The position numbers and the translations under genes are program-made. The notes below the pieces were generated by a model. The model saw nothing but the letters and a program-made list of their open reading frames with translations. It searched no databases and was not told the origin of the DNA. This document shows positions 12,800 to 27,450 of a stretch of 64,000 nt of DNA, piece after piece; position 1 is the stretch's first letter; every line of letters begins with the position of its first letter. The stretch comes from Raillietiella orientalis (taxonomy: Eukaryota): the NCBI GenBank assembly GCA_036172245.1, contig JAYWIR010000007.1:3162001-3226000 (forward strand), read 5' to 3'.

Positions 12800-13750
12800 A
12801 ATTCCTGCCAGTAGAGTTGGGAGATTCCTGGAACGTCTTCGTGCTCCACCTAAACGTTTCCGAATGGAAAAAAAGGATTCTACTGAAAGAATCCCTGAAG
12901 GCGACGTTTTTCCTGTATCAGCATCGCCTCATCCAGGTCTTCCAAGGAACATCCCGAGGGGGAACTTGCGATTCAAATTTCGAGGCTTCGCATTTCCCTA
13001 TTTCCTGAAGGAAACATCGGGGAAAACTCATCAGTTGTGCTCAAATCTGTCTCTTAGGCACAGATTCAAAAGACCCCTTCATTTATCAGCACTATTTGGA
13101 TCACTTTTCTAAAATTTCCTCTGTCCTGTAGCTCTCAGGGCGGTTGCCATTGCGTTCTGCGTTCGAAATACTGCCGTCCCTTTCATTGGAAGCTGACGGC
13201 TGTCTTCTAAAGCTGCCACTCCGGGCTCACCCAGCTTCGTTTGCACCTTTCATACAAGAACAGAGGGAAAAGAACAGAACAGAGAGCTTCTGCCAGAAAA
13301 TTTCGGAGTTTTGCTTTCCGACAAATCGCGTGATCATCGACTTTGCGGATTTCTCTGCGTTTCAACAGAGAAATGCCATCATGGCACCGATCAGTCGTTC
13401 CAGCCGCGTCTTCGAGAGTACACCACAGGCCACTTCACTGGTGCTGCTGCCACTCACGCTGCTCGCTGCCTCTCCCACATTGCATTCCCGACTACGCTTT
13501 GCCAGTTACCAACCGTCATGTGATTCTATCGGTCGTGGTTCGGCATCGGTCTGTCCTACTGACTCCTCCTCCTTTGCTCCGAACGGCCCTATGATTCAAG
13601 AGCTCGAAACGAGAATTTCAAGGAACTGAATCAAATCCCACCTCAGCCCATTGTATGCCTCCCGGCATGATTTCAGAAGAAGAAGTCAAGGTGCGTGTAG
13701 AGAGGAGGAGCACACACCAAAACTTCAAGCCTAGCGAACCTGGCAACGTG
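12800..13750 (+). mobile_element. Decayed LINE reverse transcriptase fossil
   Basis: ORF 13144..13629 contains VIIDFADFSAF (cf. LDFSKAFD), ESTPQATSLVLLPLTLL (cf. GVPQGSVLGPLLF) and MIQELETRI (cf. LQxDL) in order. Confidence 0.4.
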
Positions 13751-15310
13751 GCGGAAGACCAGCTGCGAAAGGAACACTTCGGTATCTGTTCCAGAAGACC
13801 GTATAGGTGAAGCCACATTCTTTCCCAATCGGATTCAGTGGAGCGCTGACCTGTGGATGCAGCCTCATAGCAGACGAGACAGCCTCTTCCATAAATATTT
13901 TCATGTAATGGTCACAGAAGTGACATTCTTGCTCATTGCCTAAGCTAACAGAGAAGCACAGTGCCTGGTCCAAAATGTGTTGGGCTAGCAGTGGGGTGCT
14001 CGTCTCCTGGACCTCTGTGAGCCCAGAGCCTGGGCCAGGTGGGCAGAACATGGGAAAGGTCTTCGACTGCATTGCTGCATAGCAGAGAGAAAGGATCGCT
14101 GGACTTCCTCCGGCAGGAAAGGAGTGGAAAAAGTGCGCCTCCGGGCATCCGGAGGGAGGGTTCCTCTCTGTGTCTCTCCAAATGCTACTTGTGGCAAGTC
14201 TTTGATTCTTTCTTTAGCCAAGGTGAACCTTGTGAATCCTTCGTTCCGATTTTCCTTCCTTTATGCAGTGTTTTTAAATCTTCTCCACTCTTGGCAAACA
14301 TTTACTCCCGCTGCGAAGCGGAGATTTTGGCAATCTCTACAAACATTGTGCGTTCATGCAGCCTCCTGTCTTGAAGACTTGTTAATGGGATTCTTTACGG
14401 CTCTATAGTAGAATATTCCGGAACCCGAGCTACCGAAGAAAGACATTAGGCACCGGGAATGAGAGGAATATTGTCATCTCCCAAGCAAAGATAGGGACCG
14501 GTAGTGGCAGCCGAGCTCATGCGATACTGCGATAGGGTTTATCAAATTCCATCAATAATTTCTTCAGAGGGAACCCCTACGGACCTCATTCGGATGCAAG
14601 GGCAATTCCGATGAAGGGCGATTCCGCTGGTGGTGTCCCACGAGGTGAGGAGGTGGTGAGCGCACACGCCCGCTTCTGAAGCAGAAGGGAATTCAAGGAA
14701 GCTCCTGGGATTAATCGTGCGAGAAAGTGGCACGTTGTGATTGCGAATGGAAGCCACAAGTTGCATAGTAGCTATTTCGGGAACCAGAGCTTCAAGGCGA
14801 ATGGGGAGGTCTATTGTCCCCTCCTTCTCCTCTCGAATGGATCAGACTCATGGGAAGTATTTCCGATGTGCTCTTGCATGCAAAGTTGCTCCGAAGTCAT
14901 GCCGAATTCTTTTCGGAGACCGGGAAGAAGAAAAAAAGGAATCGAATGTTCCGGCGTTGCATCTGAGGTGGCTAAGAGAGTCATCGTTTTATTTCTTTCG
15001 TTCTTGTGTCGTTTTTGCACCCTAGGATTTTTCGAGATCCAAACGCACAACCATCCTACCCAATGGTTGTTTTCTAAGAGAACCGGAAGGGGATGGACGA
15101 ACCTTTTCTGGATCTTAAGGAAGTCTGGAATAGCCGTGAGGAAAATTTAGAAAACGTTCAGAGCAATTTTTCCCGCCGGTTGTGTCGGTACACTTCGTCC
15201 TTGCGGCCACGCGTTTCCCGACGTGCAACTGTTCTCGCTCCTCGCATATTCCCTGCGTACAGACGGCGTGGATCACAGAGCGTGAATTGATTTTCACTAA
15301 TCAGTTCGAG

Positions 15311-16000
15311 TCAGTTCATTAATCTGCACATTGATCCCAGGACCAGACCTAATGAATTCACGAAGATGAAAACGTATAAATTAGAATGAGGTAGGTTGGC
15401 CCTGAGACCCCAAGGAAAGAACGCTGCCGTATTAGACCTGGTAATTTGAACTGATGTCTTTGCATTAAGATTAACCACCACCTGGTTCCAGTTCATCTGG
15501 AGCAGTCAGTCAGCGAGGCAAGAAATGTACTGCAAACTGGCAAATCCGGATGAAGTAGTCATCCAAATGAAGATTTTTTTTTGTGTGTATTTTGGCTTTT
15601 CAAAACTGGTACTTGGACGAAAGAGTTTTGTGAAGCCGGCTCATCAGATGCAAGGACGGATACATCAGCCTTCAGTCAGAATGGAATGAGCCTGAGATCC
15701 AGCAATCTATCGATGCATTTTTTATTCCATGTTTTCCGCATCGGAGGAAAGGTCACCTATGCAGAAATGGTTCTGACAAGGGATGCTGATACCGGGAAGA
15801 AGGCAGAAAACACGCGATCGCACGGAGATTATCTGGATTAGGAGCGTTGCCACGATTTCCGGATAGGAGGAAAGCCTCTTTGGACTTGAAATTCGAGGCA
15901 GGATCATCTGCGGGTGCTCCTAGTCTTCCGGGAATCACGCAGATCAGCACCGGTGGAAACTCATGCGCCCGTTGCCTACCCAACCCGGCATGCTGGACCA
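15311..16000 (-). mobile_element. Decayed LINE reverse transcriptase fossil
   Basis: HEFPPVLICVIPG..DDPASNFKSKEAFLLS (cf. FPxxWK..DPxNYRPISLLS), then VLASDE (cf. LFADD), then VNLNAKTSVQITR..FVNSLGLVL (cf. LNxxKT..LGVxLD). Confidence 0.5.
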
Positions 16001-16749
16001 CTTATTTTGATAAAACCAGGACCCAATCCTCGTGGAGGACAGAGTTGGGAAGGAAATGGAGGCACTGTGGGACGGCCAATCAATAAATAAACAAGTTGAA
16101 ATGGAATGGACCGATGTCGCGGTTGTGATCGTGATCGCAGAGGGTCTGCATCTCACGAAAGAGAAGAAAGCGTGCGTCTTTCCACGGAACAAGTGATTAT
16201 ATGATGGGGTGCATGAATTCGACTGCGGAGTTTCTGGATTCTGGGAACCACTGCTTTTGCCGGCATGTGGTGCATGACCGCAAAAGCAGTGGTTATTCCC
16301 TGAAACCCTTTGAGATGCCCGATGAAAATGAGATTGTCTTCAGCAACTCCCCCTCTCTTCCAGTAGCCTGTTTCGTTCAAAGATAGGAAAAACTGACCCC
16401 TCAGCCTTGCGGAAACACCAGTGGCATCCAACGCTAGGTTGTGCTCCCAAAGAGTTCAACTAGAAAATAAAGTCGAGCTCTCAAACGAAGGTTTCTTGGA
16501 TAGAAAGATCACAAGACAGTGAGGAAAAGAAAGATGAAGAAAAAGAAGAGTCGGCAGCGACTTTCTTCTGCTGCTCCTCTCTGTGCAAAGATCGCATCCT
16601 CATTCTGTCTGCTAGAATGAGGACCAAAAAAGTGTCAAAACGACCAGAATCTGTCAGAGACGATAAACATCAGTCCTTCTGGAGTGGTATCTGCATCCGA
16701 GGAATGTTCTTTAACTATCTGTGACGTGTTTGAGATCACGCTGCCTTTG

Positions 16750-17100
16750 AAGCATCTTGTCCTGGCCCAGACGAGCAGGCAGGTACCCTCAATTTAAAAC
16801 TGATGCCCATTGTCCACATAGGCATCGTTTGAATCAGCAACCACTGAGCAGCAGATGAAAGCTTTTCGCGGGCTTTTCCAACACGAGAGCTCTCCCAAGG
16901 GAAGTCTGACGTCAGCCGCAGAAGATTCCTGGAGGCTTCGCGGATGCAGACCTGCATTTTGACGAACACGGAGCACCAAGGACCGAGGATACTGTTCAGG
17001 AAATTTTTCAAACCAAGGACTCTCTCTTCATGGATGCTGCTTAAGAAAGGCGCTGAGCTCATGAAGGTGGTTGAAAGCGTACCCAGCTTGCATGAGCGCA
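16750..17100 (-). mobile_element. Short LINE RT fossil
   Basis: LGLKNFLNSILGPWCSVFV resembles GVPQGSILGPLLFLIY; a downstream AAQWL resembles the conserved RT Trp. Confidence 0.3.
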
Positions 17101-18199
17101 TGTACCCAACCTCAGGTACCCGCCACCGTCTGCAGACTCGGAACGTGCACGCTTGGAAGATACGAAGCCACGGCTATGGACGGCAGCGAAACGAACCTGC
17201 ACGAGGCATGAAACCTCGTCGTCCAAACAACCTGCGTCGGACGTGACCAGTGCGCTCTGCTCAAAACCGACTGGCGGGTCTTCCACAGAGGGGAAGCGTT
17301 GCTAACGGCTGCATCCTTCCCTACCAGTTGTGTCACGTTCATTTTGGAAATGCACGATAGCGTGCCTCGTTGACGTGACATATAGGTTTTTTTACGTGAA
17401 ATAAGGAACTGGATACCTATGTCAGCCCTCTGGCCTTTAATCACCTTCGGGCACTTCGAGACACTTGAAGAGAGTGTCTTACTTGCTGGTGTGAAGGTTT
17501 GCATTCTATCTAAAGTTTGCTGTTTTCAGATACTCCTTGAACCCGAAAGTGGCTCCTTTCTTGATGCATGCAAAATGTCTATATTAACTGATAACTGCGT
17601 GGGAAACAGTTGAGTTTGCAACGTTCAAAGATGAGAGCTCTGTTTCCTTTGCAGATCGTTATCTCAGGCAACTCGGTGCACCCTGCCGTTGCCATAGTTT
17701 CAACCCTTGATTAGTGGAATACTGTCCTTCCGAAGGAGCTGTGGAATGAATTGCTCAGGGAGGCAGAGAAGTTCTTCAAGGGGAATTCACTGAATGAGGA
17801 AACACTCGGGGACCGGTAAAAAACTGAATAATGCACAGTCCGAAGGGAAGACTTTGGGAGCAGAGTGATGTATCTTTCACCCGAAACGGATGCGAAGGGC
17901 TGAAGAATGAGGGCGGGGAAAGGGAGGAGTTTTGATACGTCGTCGCAACGCCAGGAGGCACTTTCAAAAGATCGCGGCAGCATGCAACAGAAAACAACAG
18001 CTAGGCGATCCAAGGGCGGAACTGCGTTCCCCTCTACTTCAGGGCTACCAGGAGCGCTGAGCTCATGCCGACGATGGAGAATGTAAGGTTGCAACCATTC
18101 AGCAAAAAGCAGGTGGAAGACGGAGCGATGGAGCTTCCGGTTTCCTTGGCTTGGGAAATGCGGGGGTTAAGCGCATTTTGCCTAGTTGCCTTGGAGGAT

Positions 18200-18412
18200 C
18201 GAGTGTCAAAGTTCACCTGGCATCCAGGTGGCGCGCTGCTCTTCCTACTTTCGGGAATCGTTTTAGGCGCAGCTTGCTATGTAGCTGAAGTGGCATCGCA
18301 ACTCGCGACGGAACGTCTGGAAGTTCCGAAGCGTTTCCTAAGAGCGTCTAGAAGGGGGCTGTTCGACGAAGAGTCTATCTCATTCCAAACCGGAGTTTCG
18401 GACATGCCTTAG
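18200..18412 (+). mobile_element. LINE ORF2 C-terminal (post-RT) fossil
   Basis: LLFLLSGIVLGAACYVAEVASQLATERLEVPKRFLRA resembles LYxSxVxxxLxYxxxVW...LExVQxRFLR. Confidence 0.45.
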
Positions 18413-21400
18413 CCCACAGGAAATAGGGTGGTGGATCCCGCATAATGAGAAGGAGAAAGAGAAAAGAATGAAGTGGACTCGAAAGAACCACAGTTCAAAC
18501 GTGATCACAGCGCTCCTTTCCGCAACGGATCAGCGGAACTTCCAGGATCACATTCAGAAACTCTCTGTCCCGTTGCCTTTTCAGACATGGCTTGACTCGA
18601 AAGCCGGAAGAGATGGTGCCCCTCTCGGACTCCCTCCCACATACACGCACTTTTCCTTTCCGACTGGAGCTCCTCCTTTTTCTCAAACAGAGAGCTGCCC
18701 CTGGTGGATTCAGCGTCATGTGAAAGCCGGACCGTTGAAAAAGAACGAAAGCTGATGACGTGATTTGTTGGCCGAAGTTCTTTTTCTGGTGAGGGGTCTG
18801 GAACGACTGCTTCATCCGTCGCCGTCAGCCTTTCCAGAGCGTGGAGCCAATGGAGGTTCGAGTGGGAAACGGGGATTTGAGTGAGTCTGAGGGAGACCAC
18901 AGGGCTAGTTTTTCGCACCCGGCCGCGCGCGTCGAACAGTGAGAGGAAACCGTGGAGACGGAAACCCTTGTTGAGAAGATGTGTGTGCTGAAGAGTTCAC
19001 AGGTGACTTTGACTTCGCTCTCATTAAGCCTGAGATGATCAGAACTTTCTTTCTTGTAGCTGAGGATGGTCACAATTCATGACGATGTCTCCCTGATGGG
19101 GCTTTCCTTCCCGAACGAGGTCCTACCGTCGCCCATCAGCCACAAGGAATTGGCCCCGACACTGCCAGGCGGCGACTTGCCCCGAACTTTATTTGTCTTC
19201 CTCCGCAAGGGTTCCGGTCTGATGGTTTCGAGGAAACGGAAGCGGCGGAGGCACACCAGTCGGAAGCCATGTAAACTTAGCACTTCATGTGTTCCCTTTG
19301 AGTGGCTCATCAGAGGAGGGGATGAGAGTTCCAGCTTCGACTTCCAAACCTTCGTTCCTTGCCAACAAACAGCCTTTTTGTAGGCATGCAACAGATCGCG
19401 GAAGCTCGGGTGCAGCCGTAGATGATTGGGAAGGCCTGATGAGTGCAAGAATCTGCCTCGTCTTTTCTCGGTGATTACTGGGCTATCGAGTTAAGAACGA
19501 GTGTAAGATAAAGTAGGACGGGAGGCAAGGAAAGTCCTTCTTTGTTTTACCAGGGTTCGTTTCGCACCTTCCTTCCTCGTCACTTCAAGAACCCTGAACA
19601 CCGCCGGGGCTCGTTCTTCTCTTGTCTTTTCTGTTTCCAAACCACCTCGAAGCAATTAGAGATCCACCCATTTTTTCGGAGACCCGTGGCCCTCTTGTTG
19701 TGATTTCGAGGGGATGGCTTCAGCGTCGGAAGCTGGGTTGATTCAGGCAGCGCGTGGAGCCGAAGGAGATGATGTGAGGAAGCTTGGAAGGCTTCCTGCC
19801 TGGTTCCCCAAATGGTGATGTGAGAGGCCGTGGACCTCGGAAAGCTCTTGGGAGACGTGGATGGCGAGCAGAGCCGGAAATCGAGGCGCATTCTCTGATG
19901 CTTTTCTTCGAGAGGAGGGAGATCGACGTAGCAAACTAACGGGCAGGCGAATGTTTTGCGCAATGGATCAGAACTTTGCCAACTCGTAAAGATACGAAAG
20001 AGTCCATTCGGATCCACTTTTTCTTTTATGCTGGCCTTGAAGCGCCACTCAGTCATCGTCGGCTCTCGAATGCAGAGCAAAAAGTACGCGGAATGGCTGG
20101 GTGGTTTTTCTGGATCGATCAATCGGAAAAGCGAGTTCCACAATCTGTGGGTGAAAGGAAGTGGCTAAAGGACACTCAGAGAAGCAAACCCTGGGGCAAG
20201 GATGAACTTGCTCCATCCTTTTAGACACACGTCTCGCTTCCCAAGCATCAATCGATTGATCTGTCTTTTTTTTGTGTGTCCTGCCACCACTTTCTCTACG
20301 GCAGTTCGGATGCTGGGGAATCCGTGTTGTTTGTCCTGCATCCCTCATCACATCCGAAAGTGAAGTACGCATGGATGCTAAGCATTTCATTTAAGCTCAA
20401 GAGCTGTTCTGTGATCCCTTGACGGTTTTCCGCGCGAAGAGCGGTGTTTGAGCCGCGACGGTCGCAGACACGCTTCTTCGGTTCGATCTGCGCAAGATTC
20501 TTCTTACTGAGAACACCGTGTATCCTCTTTCCTCATCCTAGTGATTGTGCTCTCATCTCCTAAAAAGGCTGTGCGATATCATTGTTCTTGAGGAACTCGA
20601 AAATCCAAGAGCCTGTGGAAGTTGCAATCGGAAGAGCTCGTCATTTCTGTCCGAAGTCGAGATGCAAAAGTGGTAACCAGCATGCTCCAGGAAAGGAAAA
20701 GGCAGAGTTGACAGTGGGATGAACGGAGGATGCCCCTGCTGGAGGAAAGTAAGGAAAGACCACTGGACTCCTGGAGGACTCTTTTCTCGACTAGCAGCGA
20801 AAATCCTCTCTCTGCAACCCCTTAGATGACCAGAGAACCCCACATGAAGAGTCCGATTCTCGTGGTCCTCATCTGCTCACAGAGCTCCACCGCAGCTGAC
20901 CGGAAGCAAGGGTTGGGGCAGTGGATCAGCAGATGACGCGTTCGCATACAGTGATTCGGCTTTCGGATCCAGGTTATTGCCGGAGGTGGCTCCCGGAAAC
21001 GTCGCGCCGTCGCGAGAGTGAGTCCAGAGGCATCTCGGACTTGAAGTCTTCCAGTCTTGTTTTGGCTATCGTTGGGTCGTAACTGCCTACCAATGAGGGA
21101 GAGCGCTCTACCACGTGAGTGGAGGAAAACCCTGGATACTCTTGGAAAAGAAGACGAGAGAGAGAGAATTGCTCTCAGAGCCCCCTCCCGAGCACTCTCC
21201 CGCCTTCCGAGGGATTCGCTTCGAGATTCGTTACTTCCTAGAAGGGCTCTTCAGAGAATGTCATCTCTCGTGCCTGCCGTGAAGGCGAGCGAAAGTTGTG
21301 CGTTCGCTGGAGATAAAGATGCGACGGACTCCTGCTTTTTTTGAGACGCTGGATTGTAAGCAGAGTGGGGATGGGGGGGGGGGGGCATCTGTAACCACAA

Positions 21401-22858
21401 CCGGCAGGTGCTCGTAGGGTGAACCGTTTCGAACGCGAAGCAGGACGAAGATCTGCTTGCGGTCCGGATAAAATGGGATGGTGGAAAGCAGTTCACCATC
21501 TAGTGTGAGGAGTACCAGGAGGATATGAAGCTGGAAGAGCGGTTTGTTCCTTCGGATCCTCCAGCCCCAGGACGCAGCTGCCGTAGCGAGAGACACAGCT
21601 CCTCCTCTGCATTTGGGACATTTTCTGGGACGTGTCTTCTTGCTGCGTGTCTTTCCGTTTCCTCAGCAGTTCGTTGTCCACCGTGTAAGCGGATAACTTG
21701 CTGCTTCCGTCGAAAACAGACCGTAGTCGCTTAAGCCATCCTACTGAGACCTACCCATGTCCCTACGGATCTCTCGTGCCGTTCCTTCTTCCTGCTATTC
21801 GAACCGAGAAGGAATGATGGTGCCATCTCGGCATTCAGCAACCGCCTCTCCTGCTGCTCGGCATTTTTATCCTTCTTTCTTTATCATCATCCTCGCCCGG
21901 TTGCGAAATTTGTTCTTCCGTCTCCCGTTCGGTTCCGCGAGTCATACTTCGGATAGCACGGTTCATTTACCTGCTCAGCAGCTGGTGAGTCCAGCTCTGA
22001 GTAGCGAGTGTCCTCGCTCTGCAACCAGTCACCATTCACATCCACATGGACTCAGCCCTGCCACGCGAGTTTTCGACAGCGGAAGCTTTCAAATGGGAGG
22101 AGAGGTTAAGTCGGATGGGAGTGGGAGAAACATGGCGAGCGGGTGCCGTGCGCGCTCACTCAGCATGCAGTGCCTTCTGGGGCCTACCCGAAAAGGGCAT
22201 AGCAAACGCAGGGATATGCGGAAGATGCGCCGGAGAGACAGTGAAATGGGCGTACCTTCCAAGGTCTCCTTATTCGCTCGGTAACCACAAGCTGATCACT
22301 GAGTTCCTCGGGAGGAAGGACTCTTCTCATTCGGCAAAGAAGCAGTTTTCCACGGCGGAGCAAACCCGGCAGCGCAGTCTCGTACTGCAGTATCCGGTGG
22401 CTGAGCTTTTCATCTCGGTGCGATCCGAGGAAGGCACCCCAAACACCAAACCGGAACAGCCGAAGAGCAAGAGGGAAGGGAAGCTCGCACTCTCTCTAGA
22501 GCACACGGCTCCTCATGGTTGCCGACCAACAATCTTTGACCGCCGCTGCAAGTGTCTGACGACCGAACGCGGTTCCGGATTGGGGGAACCTGTTCTTCTC
22601 CCTGCTTTCCTGCCTTCTTTTTTGTGTGTGTGAGGGTTTTCGGTGGAGCCGCACATGCTCGCTGAGCGCCGTCTTCCCTCCCTCGATGCGCGCAACCTGC
22701 GCTCCAGATCCTCGCTCGCAGCCGTAGCGAACGGGAGGCGCTCCTCGGGAGCGAGTGCTCGCGTCGGCCGGGCTCCAGCCAAGCTCTCATCCTCCCGCTC
22801 CCCGCTACTTTGCCCTGGTTGAGACAGGGTGAACTCACAGAGATGTGTCGGCGTCCGT

Positions 22859-23543
22859 GTGGCTGCGGTCCATGGTCTGTTTCCGCAAGTGGCACCAAGC
22901 GGGCTCGAAAGCCCCACGTCAAGGATCGACACCGAGAAATGGGTGTGCGTCGTGGGTTTCGAATTCCCCCCGCAAGATGACGCTGGTTGACCGGCAGGCT
23001 TCGGGTACGACACTGATGGCATCCAAAAACCGCATGCCACCGATGACCGTCGGGGATTGGAAGTGGACTCTCTGGGACCCCTCCAGAAATCAAGGAGTCA
23101 GCTTGGGATTCTCCTCCGGCTGGGAAAGTGGAGCCGTACCATGGAACGCTTGATATACGCCTCAGCGGGTTGCCTCTCCAGAGCGCGAAGAAGCATGCTG
23201 CTCCCTTCGGGGAGCGTCCATCAAAGAAAATTTGGAAGCGTCCCTTCGGGGTTCTCTTCAGAGGAGGAAGCAGGGAGCGGTTCCCTTGAAGGGATCTTTC
23301 CGTAGAAGAAATCCGAGGGACTGTTCCTTTCCGGGTTCTTTCCGGAGAAGAAAACGAGGAGCGGTTCCCTATAGGGGGTCCCTGCGAAGAGATATAAGGA
23401 AGAGATTCTCCTCGGAGACAACCAAGGTGGGAGATTTCCCTTCAGGATTTCTTCCCAAGAGTGAAAGGAACAGACTCTTTCCTCTGGAGCCTTCCTTGAT
23501 TCATATGGTGGTCTTCTATCAGGGATGTCCCTAACTTGAAGAG
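22859..23543 (-). repeat. Unidentified dispersed coding repeat, copy A (possibly LINE ORF1-like)
   Basis: Shares colinear blocks with 40789-41333. Minus-strand peptides LQVRDIPDRRPPYESRK, VILRG and PFLGVDP; contains in-frame stops. Confidence 0.6.
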
Positions 23544-23769
23544 TTGCACGCACCCTCGGGTGGCGTGGACAGTGTCAAAGGGTTCGTGAGTCTCCAGGAG
23601 AACTGTTCCTCCAATTCCCAATGGGAAGGGACTCGATCAAGTGATTGATTGCTGCCTTTTTCAACGCGGGTGGCAGATTTCCCAAGTGGTAATCGCGTTC
23701 CTCTAATGCACGAGTTGGTACCAGGAGTCAAAGGAGGGTATGTTCCAAACTCAAACCCTCGAAGATGCT

Positions 23770-24300
23770 ACATCTCGAAAGACCCTTCACCGCATGCCCT
23801 CTTTATATGAAGAGAAGAGGAGGATGGTGTTTGCGGTGGTGCATAAGTTATCCGGGTGCAGAGTGGCCCTTGAAGATGGAGGAGCACTGGTTCGAACGTA
23901 TGTGCAACTCTCGCTGGAGCGCTTGTCACAAGATGCGGAATCCAGAGGTCACTGGAGCGGCTCAAAAAACACCGCTTGCTACCTTCTCGTTCCTGCTTAG
24001 CAAAACCATGAGCACCTCGAAGGACGGGAGAAGGGAGGAAAGCTTAGCTCATTTGGATGTAAAAATTCATGGCAGAAGGACGTTCGACTACCGAAAAAAT
24101 AGGACAGTGACCTGAGTGCCTCTTTTCCCAACATGCTCAGATAATGCAAGGAAAAAACTTTACGAGAGCGTCCGTGAAGAATCCGTGGATCTGTGGCGTC
24201 CACGAAATTCACATGAGGTTGTTCTTGCATAAAGCAAGAAACAGTGATCGAGCCATTCTCCTTGAAGATGGTGGTACAAAAGAAATGAGGTGCAATACAG
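23770..24300 (-). mobile_element. Possible decayed MULE transposase fossil
   Basis: VNFVDAT..VFSLH, then HTFEPVL..SLHIKRAC, loosely resembling DGTF..QLYxIH and DFExA..CxFHxxQA. Confidence 0.25.
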
Positions 24301-26479
24301 ATGAGATTGGACCGAAGGCAAGCCGTCGTTGCCGAATTGGTTTCCTTGGATCCAGTTTCGCCGAATGCATCGTCGTGGAGCTTGGTGCTCACGGCAGCCA
24401 AAAGAGATCTTGGCACGCAGATCCGATAATGCGAACCTCAATTTTGAATTTGGCATATATCCTTTCGAATCCACCCACAGCTTCCGCAGCAAAGTCAAGA
24501 CAACTCGGTGCCTGCAGCTCGAGAGATCGACACGCTTTTTTTTCTGCGAAATCATTAAGTTTTACATCCCCTTATATCATCCTATCCTTTTTTTTTCTTT
24601 GGCGTGATTTCAGCCTTGCCGCTTGCATGTCTTGGAGCTTGGATTTTTCACTTGCACGCTCGTGTGCAGCGCGACCGGCATGTGAATCCGGCATTCTCGG
24701 AAAATCCGTTGTAAAAATGGCGTTGTAAGAATCTTTGAAGCGCCGTCGAAATCAAAACCAGGCAGACCCCGCGCCTATGTTTGTTTCCAGGACTCGAGGA
24801 GCAGTGCAGCAGGACTATCCTCAGTGTCGTTTCTCAATGACGTGAACGTGCGAGGACAGTATTTGTCGAAGTGTGAGGATTACGGAGATTGTGCGGAAAA
24901 ATGCCGATGAGTTCCCATGAACCTGGAAAAAATATTCCATCCAGACTTTCCTTTGAACCGTTACAAACTGGAAGAGTGAAAATAAAACAGTAAATTCCTT
25001 TTGTGATTGATGATGAACTTGACCACTCAAAACACCAGTGAAGAAGCAAAGCATGCATACGTAAGGCAGTTCTTGCTCGGCGATTCTTGTAGCTCTGTGC
25101 TGGAGACCGGGGGCTCAGCAACGTAAATGATGTGTGCACTGAAAGATGCGTTGTCGGATCTAATTTTCACCTTCGGGAAAGTCAAAACTGGACCACAGTC
25201 GTGCTTGAACCTGGACACAAGGGGAGGAGGAGGAGGTGATCCTCATTCTTGTAGCATCATTCCTTGTTGGCGTGCTCATCTTCAAAATAAACAACCTGAC
25301 ACGACCTTTGCATTCATGCCATTTGATTTGAAGTTCACTTGCTTCCAAGAAATAGGCATTTTTTTTTTCTTTTTGCAGTTAGAACAGAACTGCTTGAAGC
25401 AGTAGGGAAGAGAAAAGCTCACTGGAGTCGGAACCAGGGATGGATGAGCGATCAATTAATAAATAAATAATTGGGGAATGGAAGGGATCAATCTCACGGT
25501 CATGAACAGGATTCCCGATACCCTGAGTTAGACGAGGGGGAAAGAGGGACGCAGCGTTCGTTCCCTGATTGACACGAGTTACTCTGCCCACGGAAATAGA
25601 AAGGATTTCTTGTGCTTCTTGTTCCAGATTGTTCGTTTCGTTGTCTTCCGCATACAAATGCTCCAGCGTTTGGGAACAGCTTTCCTGGATGGTGGCCGTA
25701 CTCCTCTTGCACTTTGCCAATCATTACTGATCCTGCGTGGCTAAGGATCTCCAGCGACGAAACATCTGGTAAACCGGGAGACGTGAGCGCACTTCGGATA
25801 GGTCCTTGAAAAAGCAGCATCAAAGAACCAAAGTCCCTTGCAATACGTTACCTTCTGCCCTTCAGCTTCATGTATTCAGAAAAAATGTTAGGAAGGGTTT
25901 TACCTGTTTTGAGATGGGTAAATTCCTTAAGGTCCCTGTACAGTGACGTGTGATGGCGTTTCTTATTTCGGAGAAGGATTCAGGATGTAGATAAAATAGC
26001 TGGAATGCTGGTATCCAGGAAAAAGGACCGAGGCATCAATCAGAAAACCCTGGATCTTAAAGTTCTCACCAGAAACTACAAGAAACGCGTATCCACCGCC
26101 TCAAGATAAGCTCCCTTATCCACATTCTGGATCCGGCAAAGAACCACAGGAGGGGATTGCCTTGTCGCACCAGGGACCTGACGGCACAGCCAACACCCTT
26201 CAGGAAAAAAAAAGGGTAGGAACATGGAAGCGAAGAAGGTATTCCCCACTGTAGCCCTCTCAGGCAATAGAAGTTCTCTGCTAGGAAAGAGGGGTTAGGC
26301 ACGTTAGTTCTCCTCCAGAAAGGCAGAAGGAACCTCTCTCGGGGAGAACGAGCCCACGGATTTCTCCAAGTATCTAAAGGACTCGTCCACGGAAGCTCTT
26401 GAGCAAGAACAGTCTGTGGGCAACGTCGAATTCGTCTTTCGTAGACAAAAGTCGTAGTCGAAGTCCTCGACTTCTGTCT

Positions 26480-27450
26480 ACACCCTGGGGATGACTCCAA
26501 GAGAGTTTCTCCGCCCCACCAACAACGCAGCGCACTCCTCCAGGCGCCTGACGTCCGGCTGCTGGCGGGGCTCGCAGGAAGCCTCCCATTTGCTCTTGTC
26601 CTTCCGCAAAGCCTGCCAGGAGAAGATACGGCGGATGCTGCTGGCAGCAGAGGCGCACGAAATCATTGAAACAATCCTGCTGTGCGGATGGAGCTGCCCT
26701 CCAGGAACGTTCGGAGTTGTCCCTGGGCTTTCGGACGGCTGATCAATCCCCCTGGCATCCTCCACATCTTTGTCCCGCGTCCCCCTTTCGCAGTGACCAC
26801 CTCGCCTTCGAACTCGGGGTTATTCGTTTGCTAAACCACATCTGCCTTCACCGTCTCACCCGCCAACGCAGATGGCCATCGGGAGCACGTGGTCCATGGA
26901 GCTGGACACCTCAGACTCATCTGCCACAGGGATGATCTGTGCATACAGCCCGCTGGTTATCGAACGCAATCTCATCTGATCCGAGGAGGCGGACGTTGTG
27001 GTCTCCTGCCATAGAGTCAGACATCCTCATTACGCCTTTTGCGGCCAGCACCACCGGAGTGTCTTCAAAATCCTCCTATCTTCTGCGGCAGGGAATTGGG
27101 AACTGCAGGACGCGCAGGTGCTCCTTACAGCAAGATTTGTGGAGTGGGGCCACTGGAGCGGAAGTCGACCTACCTGGCGACTCTCGTCAGGGCGCACGGC
27201 TGCATGGCAAAACTTCGAGCGCGCACCTCTTTGAGGTGAACCGAGGTCCTTGAAAAACCCACGAAACTTGGCTTTGCCGACCCAACGAAAGGGTGCGATG
27301 ATTTCGCCGTCCGCCTGCAGCTCCTGCGGGGTCAATGACCCATCTCCCAACTCACCGGCACTTCGGTCAGTCGGCCTAATGCGTGAAGCGGTAGGCGGTA
27401 GGATAGTGGACAGCGGCAAGCCTGCTGCTTTGGCGACCGTCGCTCTTTTG
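26480..27450 (-). mobile_element. Decayed, internally deleted Gypsy LTR-retrotransposon pol fossil (protease + integrase zinc-binding region)
   Basis: STILPP..LQADGEII..KDLGSPQRGARSKFCHAAV resembles Gypsy protease LxAANGxxI..LDLGLRRxFxWxFxxAxV. IRRIFSWQALRKDKSKWEASCEPRQQ resembles integrase H2C2 RFxWPxLRKDVxxWxxSCxxCQ. No LTRs seen. Confidence 0.55.
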